Positions 24,001 through 39,000 are shown, counted from the first letter of the stretch. The stretch is DNA of 64,000 bases from Mobula hypostoma (GCF_963921235.1 NC_086116.1:17112001-17176000); one strand, 5' to 3'. The notes: a model not told the origin generated them from the sequence alone. Program-made: numbers and translations.

Positions 24001-27000
24001 TTTCGCTGAAAAATCCAGGCGAATGCAGGGCAATTTATGAATGTGGTGAGTTATTGTGAAAATTAGTAACTCGCTAGTAAACTGTTCTTTCATTCTTAGT
24101 AACAGTAGGATTGATGCACTTGGCATCACATAGAGTTACAGCATAAACACCTTTTGTGTTGTTTTCTGTTTGATTGTATCAGAAGGTTGAGACATAGGGA
24201 AGAAATTTTCACATATGCTTCTTTGCTCGTTTTTGACCTGCAGTGGCCTGAAAATTACTAGTTTACAAGTCAGTGTGATGTATTGTATTTGCCATTTATG
24301 TTTTACCACAAAGCCAAAAGCCGTAAGTCATAGAAGCAGAATTAGGCCATTCAGCCTATTGCCATTCCATCATGATTGATTTATTTTCCCTCTCAAACCC
24401 CATTCTCCTGCCTTCTCCTCATAACCTATGACATCCTTACTAATCAAGAACCTATTAACCTCCACTTTAAATATACCCAATGACTTGGCCTCCACAGCTG
24501 TCTGTGGCAATGGATTCCACAGGTTCGCCACACTTTCACTAAAGAAATCCCTCCTCATATTTATTCTAAAGAGATGTCCTTGTATTATGAATTTGTGCCC
24601 ATTTGTCCTTGACTCCTCCAATATAGGAAACATCCTCCCCATATCCACTCTATCTACGCCTTCCAATATTCTATAGGTTTCTTTTCTATATGTGACATGT
24701 ATTTGAACACAAGTAGATATTTCAGAGGTATCTGCTGTCCTTTTGTCTGGTGTATTTCAGCGAAATGACCATAGTTTCCATTTATTGAGTACATGCTCCT
24801 AGCCAAAGAGAACATTGTGGGAGTACACACACCCTTTTACATTTCTCAATGTTGTCAGCAAAGGAAGCACACATTGCTGTTAACATGCACAGTAGATAGC
24901 TGGCTGGCCTTGCAAATATTTGTGAACTCCGCCATGCCACATCTATGTTTTCTCATCGTGAGCTACTGCTCTACCTGGGTGGTTGAACATTACAGAAAGT
25001 TATTTGCTGAAGGGTAAAGCAGGCACTAATTGATTGCTGTGCTAATAAGCCTAACAGTTTGGAGGTGTATTTTTAGCACTCAATTTTGATCCTATTTGTG
25101 GATTGCCATCTTTTGAACTTGCCCAAAGGTTCTAAATCAGAAAACTCTGGCTCTCAGCTGGTTATAGAGACATACGGCATTGAAAAGGCTCTTCAGCCCA
25201 ATGCATCCATGCTGACTGAGTGGCTCAGTGAACCAGCTTTATCTGCCTGCATTTGACTCATAGCCCTGGTTAGATGCAACAAGGTTGGAACAATACACAG
25301 AACGTAGATTCTACATGCCTACTTCCTGTGACATCATTGTCTGTGCCTGACTGTATTATGTTGCTGAATGACTGAGAGACCAGTGGAGAATGACTGGCCT
25401 CTTTTCTTCCATTAACCAAGCTAATAGTGATCACTAGGCACAAGCCAATGCCCAAACATGCCCTTTTCCACTCTGTGATTCTTATAAACTGGACCGGCAC
25501 AACATTTTTAGGTGAATACCTGCTAGAGTTTTCAAAAAGATCGTAGAGAAAGAGGCCAGTTGACCTGCTATGCTCACAATGACCATCAAGCTTTTCAAAG
25601 AAACTTGTGGATGAGTGTGTCCCCACAAAGTCATTCAGTCTTTACCAACCAGAAATCTTGGATGCAACAAGAGATTCACAAGCCGCTGAGGGCTAAGTCA
25701 GTGGTGTTCAGGACTGGCAACCCATGAAAGTACAAGAGATCACCAAGAACAAGAAAGTACATCAGGCTCCTGAAACAGTGTGGGTAACTTCACTCACTTC
25801 AACTCTGAACTGACTCCACAAACCTCAGACTCACATTCAAGCACTCTACAACTCATGCTATCAGAATGATATATCTAATGTTATTTGTTATTTTATATTA
25901 TTTATTGCATAATCTGTCTTCTTTCGCACATTGCTTGTTTGTCAATCTTTATTTATGTATGTTTTCATCAATTCTATTGCATGTCTTTATTATCATGTAA
26001 ATGCCTGCAAGAATAGGAATCTCAAGGCAGTAGACAGTGACATTTATATACTTTGACAATAAATTTACTTTGACTTTGAAGCATCCTATTGCATCAATCC
26101 TATGCTAGTTCCATTTATTCTCCCCACATTACCGTGAACAACCCCATCACCGGCCAGCAATTACCACTCACCTACACACCAAGGATGACAGGTAACTGGA
26201 GCACCTGGAGGAAACCCATGCAGTTGAAGGGAGAACCTGCAAGCTCCACACAAACTAACCAGTGGTCAGCATTGAACCCAGGTTGTTGGAACGTGAGCTG
26301 GTAACTCTACTAGCTATGCGACTGTGCTATTCCTTTTACTTCCTTCACTGCCGTTGAAGTACTGATGTTTCAGAGAGTCTTCTGACCTCTTTCTTGATTT
26401 GCACAGCTCCAGGACACTATTAAGATTGTATCTCACTCTTGTACTTTCCCACATACAGCTGGCCACTGCTCAGAGAGCAACAAATTGCCATTGGTCCGCT
26501 AATGACAGCTTGGAAAGGGTCAATCATAGTAAGCTTCTGTGAGACGATTCCACCACAAACTCCCATTCTTTTGCCGAGATCGATATTTTATACTGCGTCA
26601 GAATTCGATTTAAGACGCTCATCTTGGTGGATTTTTGTTTTTGTGTCTGAATATGTTGCTGAAAATTTCTCTTAAATTTGTACTAAGAAAATTGAGCTTC
26701 TCAAACAATACAAAATAAACCAATCCCATATAAACATGGTATTCAAGAGGGCATATACCACTAGTCTGTGGTAATATGCTATGCTACCCTGTGCCAATCA
26801 GATGATAAGATGCCAATGTGCCCTTTCTCACGTCACCCCTTTGGATCTAAAGCAACATGATTTGTCCAGAGATTGGTTAACTTGGTATCGGACAGGAATT
26901 AAATGTGGAAATGCTCAGTATGGCTTTGCCATTTGATAATAAGCACGAAGAAGGCACATACAACAATGATAGATTGGAAAACTGGGAGAGGTGATCACAT

Positions 27001-30000
27001 CTGTTCAGCATTACTAGCCTGCAAGTCATTTTCATTTTCCTGTAGGAAAAAGAAATCTATATCCTAACTTCAGGCCTGGCAAAATTGGTCAAAACTGAGG
27101 CACTGTAAACCCCACCTTAAATAATTCCATTTACTGTACGAGTGACACTGAGTTGCAAGCGTTTGAGGATCACAGTATTTGAATGGAAGTAGTTGATAAT
27201 GTCTAATCCCAATGTTCTATTCTTTTCAGTCTGCAAAAGGGACACGTGTCAGAGCCAACCTATAAAATGTCCATCACATCGTGAATTGAGAAGAGTAGCA
27301 ACAAAATGTTGTGACAGATACGAATGCGTTTGCAGTTGTAGTAATCAAATTGTGAGCTGCCCTGTTGGATATTCGGTCAAGTCAGTGATCAACGATTGCA
27401 ACTGCACTACATCCTACTGTGAACCTAATGAGGTAACTGAAGCTGTATGTTACTTCTTGAATGTAGTTTCTGCATGTTGAACCAAATGGGTATCTTACTG
27501 GTGATACTTTCAGGCAAATGTACCTTTAAGCGATTGAATGGTATGTCGCCAAAGCCAGTCACAAATTTCTATAGATGTACCATGTAGAGCATTCTAACTG
27601 GCTGCATAACTGTCTCGTATGGGGGATGGAGGGGCACTGCACAGGACCAAAATAACCTGCAGAAAGTTGTCATCTTTGTCAGCTCCATCATGGGCAATAG
27701 CCTCCCTAGGCACACGGTGAAGGATTCAGGAACAGCTTCTTCCCCTCTGCCACAGATTTCTGAACAGACATTGAACCCAGGAACACTACCTCACTACTTT
27801 TTTTTCTTTTTTTGCACTGCTTATTTAATTTAACTGTTTTCTATATACTTGCTGTAATTTACAGCTTCTCTTCATTGTTATGTATTGCAATGTACTGCAG
27901 CAGCAAAACAACAAATTTCACAACATATGCCAGTGATACTAAACCTGATTCTGGTTCTCCAGTAGTGCTTATCCAGTGGGGATAATACTGTGAGAGTAGC
28001 TTACTCTGACAGGGAGCTACTCCCACTGGATCAGAATCAGAACTAGGTTTATTGTCACTGACATGTGCCATGAAACGCGTTGCTTTGCAGCAGTGCAATA
28101 TATAAAAATACTGTAAATTGCAGTAAGAAATAGATCAAAAAAACAAATTAAATAAGTAGTGCAAAAATAGTGATTATGGGCTGGTTCATTCTCAATTCAG
28201 AAATCTGATTACGGAGAGGAAAAAGTTGTTCCTAAACAGCTTCTTATATGTTAATAACCTATTATAATAAGGCAGGTTATTATTAGGCAATGCAGTGTGT
28301 ATCATGAACTAAATACACTGAAATTATTCACCTATGTAACTCCTGACAGCTCCTGCAAACCCATGACCCCTACTCCTACCCACTTGTTGATCCCCTCAAG
28401 TTACACATCGAAGTGAATAGAGAAAAAAATAACCTGAATGGAAGTTACTCTATAAAGGGATGTTACTGTGAGTGGAGGTGACTTTGGAATTGAGACTCTT
28501 GATTGTTTCAATGGAATGGGATGTCTCTAGACAGGTGTAACTGTGAGGATTGTGACGGTGCGGGTGTATTATGACCCAGAGGGATGTGAGTGGAGAGGGT
28601 ATGTTACTATTGGGGGTTATGACTGTAGGGTGGACTGACTGTAGGACAGTGTGAATGTGAAGGTTTTATGACTGTGTGGCAGGATGACAGTAGGGTTGTG
28701 TGACTCTGAGAGGTGTGGGCGTCCAATGTTTGTGAAGTGGCAATGCAGCAGTGAGGGAACTCTAAGATTATTACCATCAGTTAATAATGTGCAAGTTACC
28801 ATGAGATATATTGTGAAGAGGTAAAATTTACTGCTTGTTATGGTAACATTATATTAAATGAGTATTACTGTGGATGTGTATTACTGGTAGCGTTGGATTA
28901 TCTGAAATGTAGGTCACTGTGGAGGATATTCTCTACGTGTCAACTATGGGTCAGGATAACAGAGAGTTAGTGGGCTTAAGCTCGACTCATGCACTTCTTC
29001 AATAGTAACCCTTCATTGCCAGTTTAATAGTGAAATATTGGATTAAACCATCTTGAGCTGAGATATTACTGTGCCTATGTATTACATGTTATTCTAGCAC
29101 AAAATATAGAAACAAGAGTTAAAGTTTTTATAATTATATAAAGCAGAAAGGGATGGCTAAAGTGAATGTAAGTCCGTTGGAAGATGAGAAGGAGGAATTA
29201 ATATTGGGTGATGTGAAAATGGCCGGCCTTGAATGACTTTTTCGTGCCAGTCTTCATGGTGGAGGGCATATTTAACATGCCAAAGAGACCTTGAACTTGA
29301 CCTTGATACAATTGCTGTCACTAAAGAGTTAGTAATAAGCAAACTGCTAGACCTAAATGTAGATGAGTCCATGGTCCTGATGGGATGCATCCCAGGGAAC
29401 TGAAATAAATGGAGGAAGTTATAGTTCCATTTGAAATAATTTACCAAAAGTCTCCGAACTCTGGACAGTACCTGGACGATTAGGAAACAGTGAATGTCAC
29501 ATCACTGTTTAAAAAAGGGCATAATCAAAAGGTGGATAACAATAGGCCAGTAAGTTTTAATATCTGTAGTGGGGAAAATACTTGAAGCTATCATTAAGGA
29601 AAAAATAGCTAGATATCTGAATAGAAGTAATTCTACTAGGCAGATACTGCATGGATTTATGAAAGCCATGTCCTGTTTGACAATCTTATGAGAGTCCTTT
29701 GAGGATATAATGAGTAGGATGGATAGGGGAGAACAGGAGGATGTGGTATATTTGGATTCCAAGATAAGGTACTGCATGAAAGACTTGAATGTAAGCTAAG
29801 GATGCATAGACTTGGGGATAATGCATTAGCTTCGGTAAAGGATCAGTTAACCAATAGACGGCAGAGAGTTGGATAAATGGGCGTTTCTCTGGTTGACAGT
29901 CATTGGGTAGCAGAGTGCCACAGTGGTTGGCGCTGGGCCTGTAAATGTTTATGATGGACATTAACGATTTGGAAGAGGGACTGAGGGTAGCGTATTTAAG

Positions 30001-33000
30001 TTTGCTGATGACACTAAATTGAGCCGGAAGAGCAAATTGTACAGTGGATACAGAAAGTCTGCTGAGAGATATAGACAGGTTAAGTGATTGGGCAAGGATC
30101 TGGCTGATAGAGTACAACATTGATAGATGTGAGGTCGCCACTTTGGGAAGGAAAAATAGAAGATCAAATTATTATTTAAATCATGAAAGATTGCAGCATG
30201 CTGTGGTGCAGAGGGACTTGGGAATGCTTGTGCATGAATTTAAGGAGGTTGATTTGCAGTTACGACAGGCTATCAGGAAGGTAGACGCAATGCTGACCTT
30301 CATTGCCAGAGGGAGTGGATTTATGAGTAGGGAGTCTATGTTACAACTGTACAGAAGACTGGTGAGGCCACACCTCGAGTACTGCATGCAGTTCTATTCT
30401 TCCTAATTGAGGAAAGATATGCTGGCTTTGGAGGCAATGCAGAGGAAGTTCACTAGGTTCAAAGCAGAAGAGGTTACCATATTAAATATATTTATGACAC
30501 AGTTAAACAGAGGTTTGAGTAGCAAGGGAATTAAAAGTTATGGGGAAAAGGCAGATGGGTGCAGTTGAGCCCACAGGCCAGATCAACTATGATCTTTTTG
30601 AATGGTGAAACAGGTACAATGGGCCAGATGGCAGAATACTTCTGCTATTTCTTAGGTTCTTATGTTCCAAGGTATATTAAGATACGTGGCATTTGTTACT
30701 TTTCGTGAACAGGTTTGTGTTCATAATGATGTGGCCTACCTGGTTGGGAGAACTTGGGAGGAATCTTGTAAGGAATGTTCCTGTACCAGCACAAAGGACG
30801 TCGTCACAGGGCTTCATGAGGTGCAGTGTGTTGCTAAAACCTGTAACACAAATTGTCCAATTGTAAGTAAGAACATATCTGACTTTTTTAATTTGACTTA
30901 ATTTGAACTTGGAGAGTACTTATGGTTTAGAATGTTGTAGCCTGTTAGCAAAATATAGCTGAATATTCAATTCATGCAAAATCAAAAACCAGAGCTGTCA
31001 ATATTGGCAAGGTCACATGTGAGATTTGCAATCAACATGTATAACAAGGACTTCAAAGGAAATTTATTATAAATATTTTTGGCTAAATAGCAATGACTGC
31101 ATTTGTGTATCCTGAGCATGGGGTGAAGATTCTCTCTAAATCTTTGATATTCATGTAAGGACATTCTCTCTAAAAACAGCATATGGTATATGTGACAAGA
31201 GAGTTATTGGCCTCACTTCGCGCCCCCTTGTTTTTGCAAAGATCTATCCTTGGGCTCCCATATATTACTCACTTACCTTCTTCCACTAGATAACCATGTA
31301 CCAAAATAAGTCAGGTTCCATATATGCACCAACACTCATCACTCTCAATCCTTCCTCTCACTTCAATTTGTCAAACTAAGTGGCTGACCTTCAATTCTGA
31401 TTGGTCAGGATTTCTCTCTACAATAAATATTGGGATGACTGAAGGAATCTCCTTTGTTCTCTACTTTCCCTTTGTCAGCCTGCTGGCTATTTTGGATTCA
31501 GCCTGAGACCATTGTGTTGTAGCTCTGAACAACACTCTGACTCAAGATCCATGTTCTTCAATTGCTCTATCATCAACTACAAAATATTCACTAATCCAAC
31601 TCAATCGCAGCTCATCAGCTGCTGAGGTCCCCTTACTCACCTTCTCCATTCCAACATGGCCATGGCCAGCGTAAATTTGTGTCCCATCATAACTTGGGTG
31701 ACCCAATCCAATTTCACGTTCATCCTGTTTATCCAAAATCTATGTATAGTTTGTTACATTTACAAATTCCACCACAGTTTAACCACTGCCTATCCCTGGA
31801 GTACTCTTCTATTTCAGGATGGAAGATTTCCTCCATATTGTGTCTAGTGGCTCCAATGTGGCCTTGTCTATACTGATGAGACCCAATGTTCCCTCTAATT
31901 TGTACTGACCAGTGTGAGCAAAAATCTTGTGCAGTGCAAGTTTTTTTGCCCAGTGACAGCAACATGTGTGCACTAACTGATTCAACAAAAACAGTATACA
32001 TAAGCCAGTTCTAAGATCTGCAGACAAATCATTGCAAATCCATGGTGTCAACACCGTCCACATCATAAAAGAGAAAAGGAAATGTGATTGTGTACGATTG
32101 TGAAATATACTTAACGTGACAACAAGGTAGCTGGTGATAACTTTTGTGCACAGTTTAAATTCCTTTGTGCACTAGTAGCAAAAGATGTGTGCATGTGCAC
32201 GAGTACACACCTTAGAGGGAACATTGGTGAGACCCCTCATAAATTGGGCGACTGTTTCGTCGAGCACCTCCATTCCATCTTCCTAAAACAGATATTCCCA
32301 GTGGCCAAACATTTTAATTCCAATTCCCATTCCCAATCCGACATGTTGGTCCATGGCCTCCTCTTGTGGCACAATAAAGCCTCGCTCAAGGTGGAGGAGC
32401 AACATCTTATATTCCAACCTGATGTAGCCTCCAACCTGATGGCATCAATACTGATTTCTCCTTCCAGTAAAAAATGTTTCCCTCCCACTCCCTTCTTCTA
32501 TTCCCCACTTTGGCCACTTACTTCTTCTCACCTGCTTATCACTTACACTGGATCCCCTTGTCCCTCCCTTTTGCCTATGGTCCACTCTCCTCTCAACACA
32601 GATTCCTTCTTCCCAAGCCCTTTACCTTTCCTACTGACCTGACTTCACCTATCACCTTCTTGCTGTCCTTCTTCCCCTCTCCCACCCTTTTATTGTGGAA
32701 TCTTCCCCTTTCTTTCCAGTCCTGAAGAAGAGTCTTGGGCTGAAACGTCATCTGTTTATTCATTTCCCTAGATGCTGCTTGACCTGTTGAGTTCCTCCAG
32801 CATTTTGTGTGTCTTGCTCTGGATTTATAGCATCTGCAGAATTTCTCATGTTTATGACCTCCAACTCTGATTTTACTGGCATTTCCAATTCTTTGCATTG
32901 ATAATCACAACTTCAATTACCCGAGTCCTAGTTCTGGAATTCCCTCCCTAAAGCTACTGCCTCTCCACCTCTTTATTAAGATGTCCTTAAGTGTCCATAT

Positions 33001-36000
33001 TTTTGACAAAATTGGTATGTCCTTGTTCTGATTTCATCTAAATAACTTGATCTTCAATTTTGTTTGATAAGGTTTGTAAGATTCGATGTAATCACAAGTT
33101 GTCAATTTTGGAGGCATCTCCTTGACCAACAAGAGGAAATGGTTGATGAGGATTTGATTGATGACAGTCCATTTGATAGAATGTAGAATGACATCCCATA
33201 TTAGGGTGATACCTTCTTCTTTGAGTTTGTTACAATTTTGACATCTGTGAGGTGCCCACTTGATATCTCACTTCACTGTACATTTCACGGTATGTTTCCA
33301 TGTATTTATGTATATATGACAAATAAAGCTAATCTAAATCTAATCTATGTCCCCCTCCCAGACCAGGAAGATGAAGCTATGAATTTGTATCAGAAAGTTT
33401 CTCTCCACCAAAATTTTGAACCTCAGCAGGATTACAATCTGCTCCTTGTTCCCTTTCATTGTCACAAGCCCCTTTCAGCCTCTTGCTGGTCAATAGTTAA
33501 CTGTAATATGAGCATAGATTCGTGCCTTAGAGTCAAGAGAAAGATGGCTGCATCCAAAATTCTGGGTCAGTGAAGAGATTCCTCAAAGTGTTCCTTTCAC
33601 TGGGACTTAACTGTTTTTCCGTCCTTCCTTGCTTCTCAGAAGGAGGGGCCTTGAATATTTAAATGATTTTTTGACTGTGCTGAAAAATCCATGCTTATTG
33701 TGTTTATTAGTTAGTTACTGGATATCTTGTGCTCTTTTCACTCGCCACCTGTTTTCTAAGTCCTAAGCTATCTGTAGGACCTCACCCTTCAAATGACTAT
33801 AGGCTTGTTTTATTTTCAATAAGATGTGGTAAAATTTTCAATCCAGACACACCACGCATTCTTATTAATTAGCTTCTGGATCTCCTGATCATCCTGATTA
33901 AATAGGCCTTGGTGCTTTCTAATAGAGAAGTTTTGCATAACTTTTCATAAGTGCTTATTATAGTAGACTTCAGGACCCTGTGGGCCTTTGTTGGTCGGGA
34001 GTAGATTAAGCACCATGAATACTTTGTGGTCTTTTTTGGTTGGGAGATAACAGGTTGTCTATGAGATGCCTACTGAGATGAAAGGTACCAGTGTTTGGTA
34101 TATTGTAGCTCATGATAGTACAATATGCCAGTTAAGGTAATCAAATGAAAAACAAAAGACTAATGCATCATTCATTATCTTGATATTCTCCATCTCCAAA
34201 CTCATATCAGGAGGGTGGATCTGACAGCTGAATACACTTTGATTTAAAAAGAGCATTTAGACTGGTCCTCAGAAGGAAATGTTGAATCTGAGTCAAAACA
34301 ATCATATGCCCTGATTAAAACAATTAAACCAGAGCTTAGATTGATTCCATTGTGCGTAACCTTTCTCCCGTAGGGCTACATCTACAGAGAAGAGGAGGGT
34401 GCTTGCTGTGGAAAATGCAAGCATGCAGTGTGTGAAGAAAGTATCTTACCAAGAGGTGATGCAGATCCTATCAAAATAGTGCATCGGGTGAGTGGGCAGG
34501 ACCCTTTCTGAAATGTTTTCATTAGTACATAGGACCTTTAAGACATGTTCCACAATATGTTGAAGTAAATTTTATTTTGACATTTAAGTATCCTTTGACA
34601 CATGAGTCTGAGGAGGTTAAGTCCATAATGTCTAAGTATTTTTTGGCAGACTAATCTGGACATAATTTTGCATAGCTGATATTAATTTGAAAGTAATACT
34701 CCTTCAATGTATTCAGGGGCACATCTTTTGACACTTGCATCTTACGCCCGTGGAATGTAACATCTTGTTGTTACCTTGCAGGCTGGTGATCAGTGGGTAT
34801 CCTCTAAAAATCCATGCATTATGAATGAGTGCCTGGAAGTCAACGGGGAAGCGGTGCTGCATGAAAAGAATCGGTCCTGCTCCCATATTGATGTGCCTAA
34901 GTGTCCTCTGGGTTATGAGCTGCAGTGTGACCAATTCATAGACTGCTGTCCTGTATGCCAATGTGGTGAGCTTTATTATATAGGCTCTTCTTCTTTTGAT
35001 GACACACATCCTTTATGGCAAATATTTGATAAGGCTGATACACCACACTGCTTTAAAAGTATAAAACAGGCCAAGTGCTGTTACGCTAAATTAAGAGAAC
35101 ACATCTCATGAAGCTTTCATCCATTGAAATCAGTAGGAGCAATCACAAGCCGGACTTCCTGGAGAGGCTTGCTGAGAGACTATGAATTTGTTATTAATTC
35201 TGAATTACGGAATTGTCTCTTCTACCCTACAGAATACATATAAAAAATCTAAAAAATTTGCAGAAGCTGAAAATGCAAAAACAGAGCAGGAAATGTGAGA
35301 AAATCTCTGTAGGTCTGTGGAAAGAGAAACAGTTAACATGTCATAAGATCTTCTTCAGTTCCAATGAAGGGACAAGAATGTGAAATATACTCCCTGTTTC
35401 TCTTTCTACAGATTCTGGCTGACCTGCTGAACTTTTTCTGTTTTTAATACAGAGGCAGCGTTGACACAGGGAATTGGTACTAGCCTAAGTTCCCTTCACT
35501 TCTGTTGACTGTCACTTATTTACATAAAGCATTGTTTGTTCATGGCGTTATTAGGAAAAGTTTGCTGGACTGAGTTACTGGGGTCGATCGGTTATAAATG
35601 GCACAAATGTCTTCAGCTGAAATGTTTCAGGTTAATGAATGGAAGTTAGATTTTCAATCTTCCAAATCCTTTAAAACCTTCAGGCGGAATGGGTTCCTGG
35701 GACGTGATGAGACCTCAGCTGCTCCCAGGGATGTAAGCATGATTATTTTGCACCAACTAAAACCTGAACTCATTCCTCTCCCCCTTAAATTGGTCTTGCA
35801 ATTATAGCATCAATATTAAATGCATAAAATAATGAAGGACATAAATTACAAATCATGACCCCTCCTGAGCCTATTTCATTACAACTTGTTCAATCAATAA
35901 AATTCAGTTATTAATATTAGCATGCCAGAGGGAAAATTGTGTAAAATTCACAGTTTAAATGTGGATGCCATAGGGAATTTGCGCAAGTACTATTAATAAT

Positions 36001-39000
36001 ATTTCTGTTAATTAATATTTATGTTTCAGTTCCAGGAAGTGTTTGCTTGCTAAATGGATCCACCATTGCGGTAAGAGAAGGGCTAGTTATATTATTTGTT
36101 TACCATTGCTCTGTTGTATATAATGCAACAATAGCTGTGCTTTGGAATGAAAAGTTGAACGTTGAAATGTGAATCTTGATGGAAAGAATGAGTGAAGATA
36201 TGAATCAGGCAACAGTAGCTGTCTGAAGCAAATTTGAGTTCAGAAAGCTGTAACTTAAAGGAAAAAATGAGATGTAAGAGTTAGATGAAAATGTAAAGGC
36301 ACACAACTGGTAGTAGAACTATACGATGGGCACAGGTAAAGCAGGAGGAAACAATATGTTAAGGACTGGTATGGAGAAGAAGACTTCAGCTTGAGATAAA
36401 CAACATTCTCTGCTACATTTGGCCCCCAATATTTTGAAAGCTCAGTATCAATCACAAACAAGAGAAAACCTGCAGATGCTGGAAATGCAAGCAAGACACA
36501 AAAAGTGCTGGAGGAACTCAGCAGGTCAGGCAGCATCTATGGAAAAGGGTAAACAGTGTTTCGGGCCGAGACCCTTCATCAGGACTGGAGAAAAAATGAT
36601 GAGGAGTCAAAGTAAAAATTTAGGGGGTGGGGGGATGAAGAAACACAAGGTGATAGGTCAAACTGCGAGGGGTGAAATAAAGAGATGGGAAATTGCTCGG
36701 TGAAAGAGATACAGGGCTGGAGAAGGGGGAATCTGATAGGAGAGGACAGAAGGCCATGGAAGAATGGGAAGGGGGAGGAGCACCAGAGGGAGGTGATGGG
36801 CTGGTAAGGAGGAGGTGAGAAAAGGAAAAGGGGATGGGGAATGGTGAAAGGGGGAGGAGATAGCATTACCAAAAGTTCAAGAAATCGAATTTAAGCCATT
36901 AGGTTGGAGGCTACCCAGACAGAATATAAAGTGATTCTCCTCCAATCTGAGTGTGGCCTCATCACGACAGTAGAGGAAACCATGGACTGACACGTCGGAA
37001 TGGGAATGGGAAGTGGTATTAAAATGGGTGGCCGCTGGGAGATCCCATTTTTTCTGGCAGATGGAACGTAAGCGCTCGGCGAAGCAGTCTCCCAATCTAC
37101 ATCAGGTCTCATCGAGATACAGAAGGTCACACCGGGAGAACTGGATACAGTAGATGACCCCAACAGACTCACAGGCGAAATGTTGCCTCACCTGAAAGGA
37201 CTGTTTGGGGCCCTGAATAGTAGTGAGGGAGGAGGTGTAGGGGCAGGTGCAGCATTTGTTCCACTTGCAAGGATAAGTGCAAGGAAGATCTGTGGGGAGA
37301 GACGAATGGACAAGGGAGTTACATCGGGAGCAATCCCTGCGGAAAGCAGAAGGTGGGGGGAAGGGGGAAGGGAGGGAAAGATGTGCTTGGTGGTGGGATC
37401 CCGTTGGAGATGGCAGAAGTTACCGAACACCCCCTCCTCCCAGTTTCACCTATCACCTTGTGTTTCTTCCTTCCCCTCCCCAACTTCTTACTCTGACTCA
37501 TCTTTTTTTCTCCAGTCCTGTTGAAGGGTCTCAGCCCAAAACGTCAACTGTACTCCTTTTCCATAGATGCTGCCTGGCCTGCTGATTTCCTCCAGCATCT
37601 CATGTGTGTTGCTCAGTATCAATGTTTGATTTTGCCTGTTTGATATTGGTTTCCATGTGGAAGTAATGTCTATCTCCATCATTTCTGGCATTTCCCATCA
37701 AAATGCCCGCTCTCTTATGTCCAACATTCTCCAGGAATTAACGATTCATCTCTTGGGAATTTCGACAAGCAATCTGTCATAGAGAATTAAAAATAAGTCC
37801 ATGTTTCTCTTTGAATTTTTTTTTCATGAAAATATGAAAGGTAAAAAAATAAAAACTGGGAAAGCTGAAAATACTTTGAAGGCTAAAAAAAAACTCCTGC
37901 TTGGATGGACAGCTAGTCAGAAGTAGGAAGTCATGTAAGGAAATAAAATAATCATGTCCAAGCAGACAAGGAAATGTTTTATCTTGCAAGTTCTTTTTCC
38001 ACTCCTCCTTGTGTGAGTTATCAATAACTGCTGCTGTTTAGAATCCTTTCCGGACCAAAACTGCTCTAAGCAGACAGAATGAGATGAAGTGGACAAGGGT
38101 TGCCAGACACTCAAATCTTTTAAAATAAGCAGTTTTCTGAAATAAGGTGATCTTGCCTATTACAAAATCAAAATACTGCAGATGATGGAAATCTGACATT
38201 TAATGCTGCATCCAGTGAGTAAATAAGTTAGCATTTCACATTTCGGGTTCTGACTGGAAGTTCATTTTCAAGAAATGTTAACCCTTTCTCTCTCTCTTCA
38301 AACATGATGCCTGACCAGCTGTGTGTTTCCAGAACTCAACGTTGATTTTGTTCACACCGGGATCTTGCTTCACTTGAATTTGCCTCACATTTTTATTATT
38401 ATTAGAATGAGAAGGACCAGTTTTTTAACTGACTACATAGAGTTCACACTATTGAAATTACTGAAGCAGTGAAACGAAGTTGTTTATTTGTTACGCGTTT
38501 CAGTGCAATGTGTGGGTGGCTTCCGAACAACCATCTCTACATAGAGGGAGATTTTCTGCAACATATTTTGGAAATTAATTCACTAAATTGAGAAGTATGA
38601 AACACGTATTTAATTTGAGCAGAGACTTGCATTTTAAAAATCACCATTTGTTCTGTTACTGCTATGAACAGAGTTTAATAATTTCATGCTTCCAGTTGGT
38701 CAACTTCCCACCAGGAGAGCATTTATGCCCTGCATCTGATGTGATTAGAAGTCTGACAATCATATAGAGTACTTCTGACGATCGTACACCAAAGTTCAAG
38801 TCTGAGTGGTTTTGGAGGGACACAGTAATCACACACATATGTACGTATACACAGATGTGCAGGGTCCTGAATTTCCCAACAGGCAAATTTCAACTATTTC
38901 TTTGGAAGTGCTGTTTTATTCTGCAGAAATAACAGCTCAATGAAACTTTTTTTTACACAAAGATAACCAAATAGAGGAGGTGAAAAGAGACCAAAGCTTA

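Larger units (their letters stand above)
31835..32855 (+). mobile_element. Penelope-like element 3' fragment interrupted by a hAT-type MITE
   Basis: [15 protein letters not shown]...[12 protein letters not shown]...EEQHLIFQ; hammerhead-like motif at 32717-32754. Confidence 0.8.

Noticed and set aside
28440-28960. GT-rich stretch with recurring tgactgtg/ttactgtg words
   Set aside because: No regular period; appears to be decayed low-complexity sequence.
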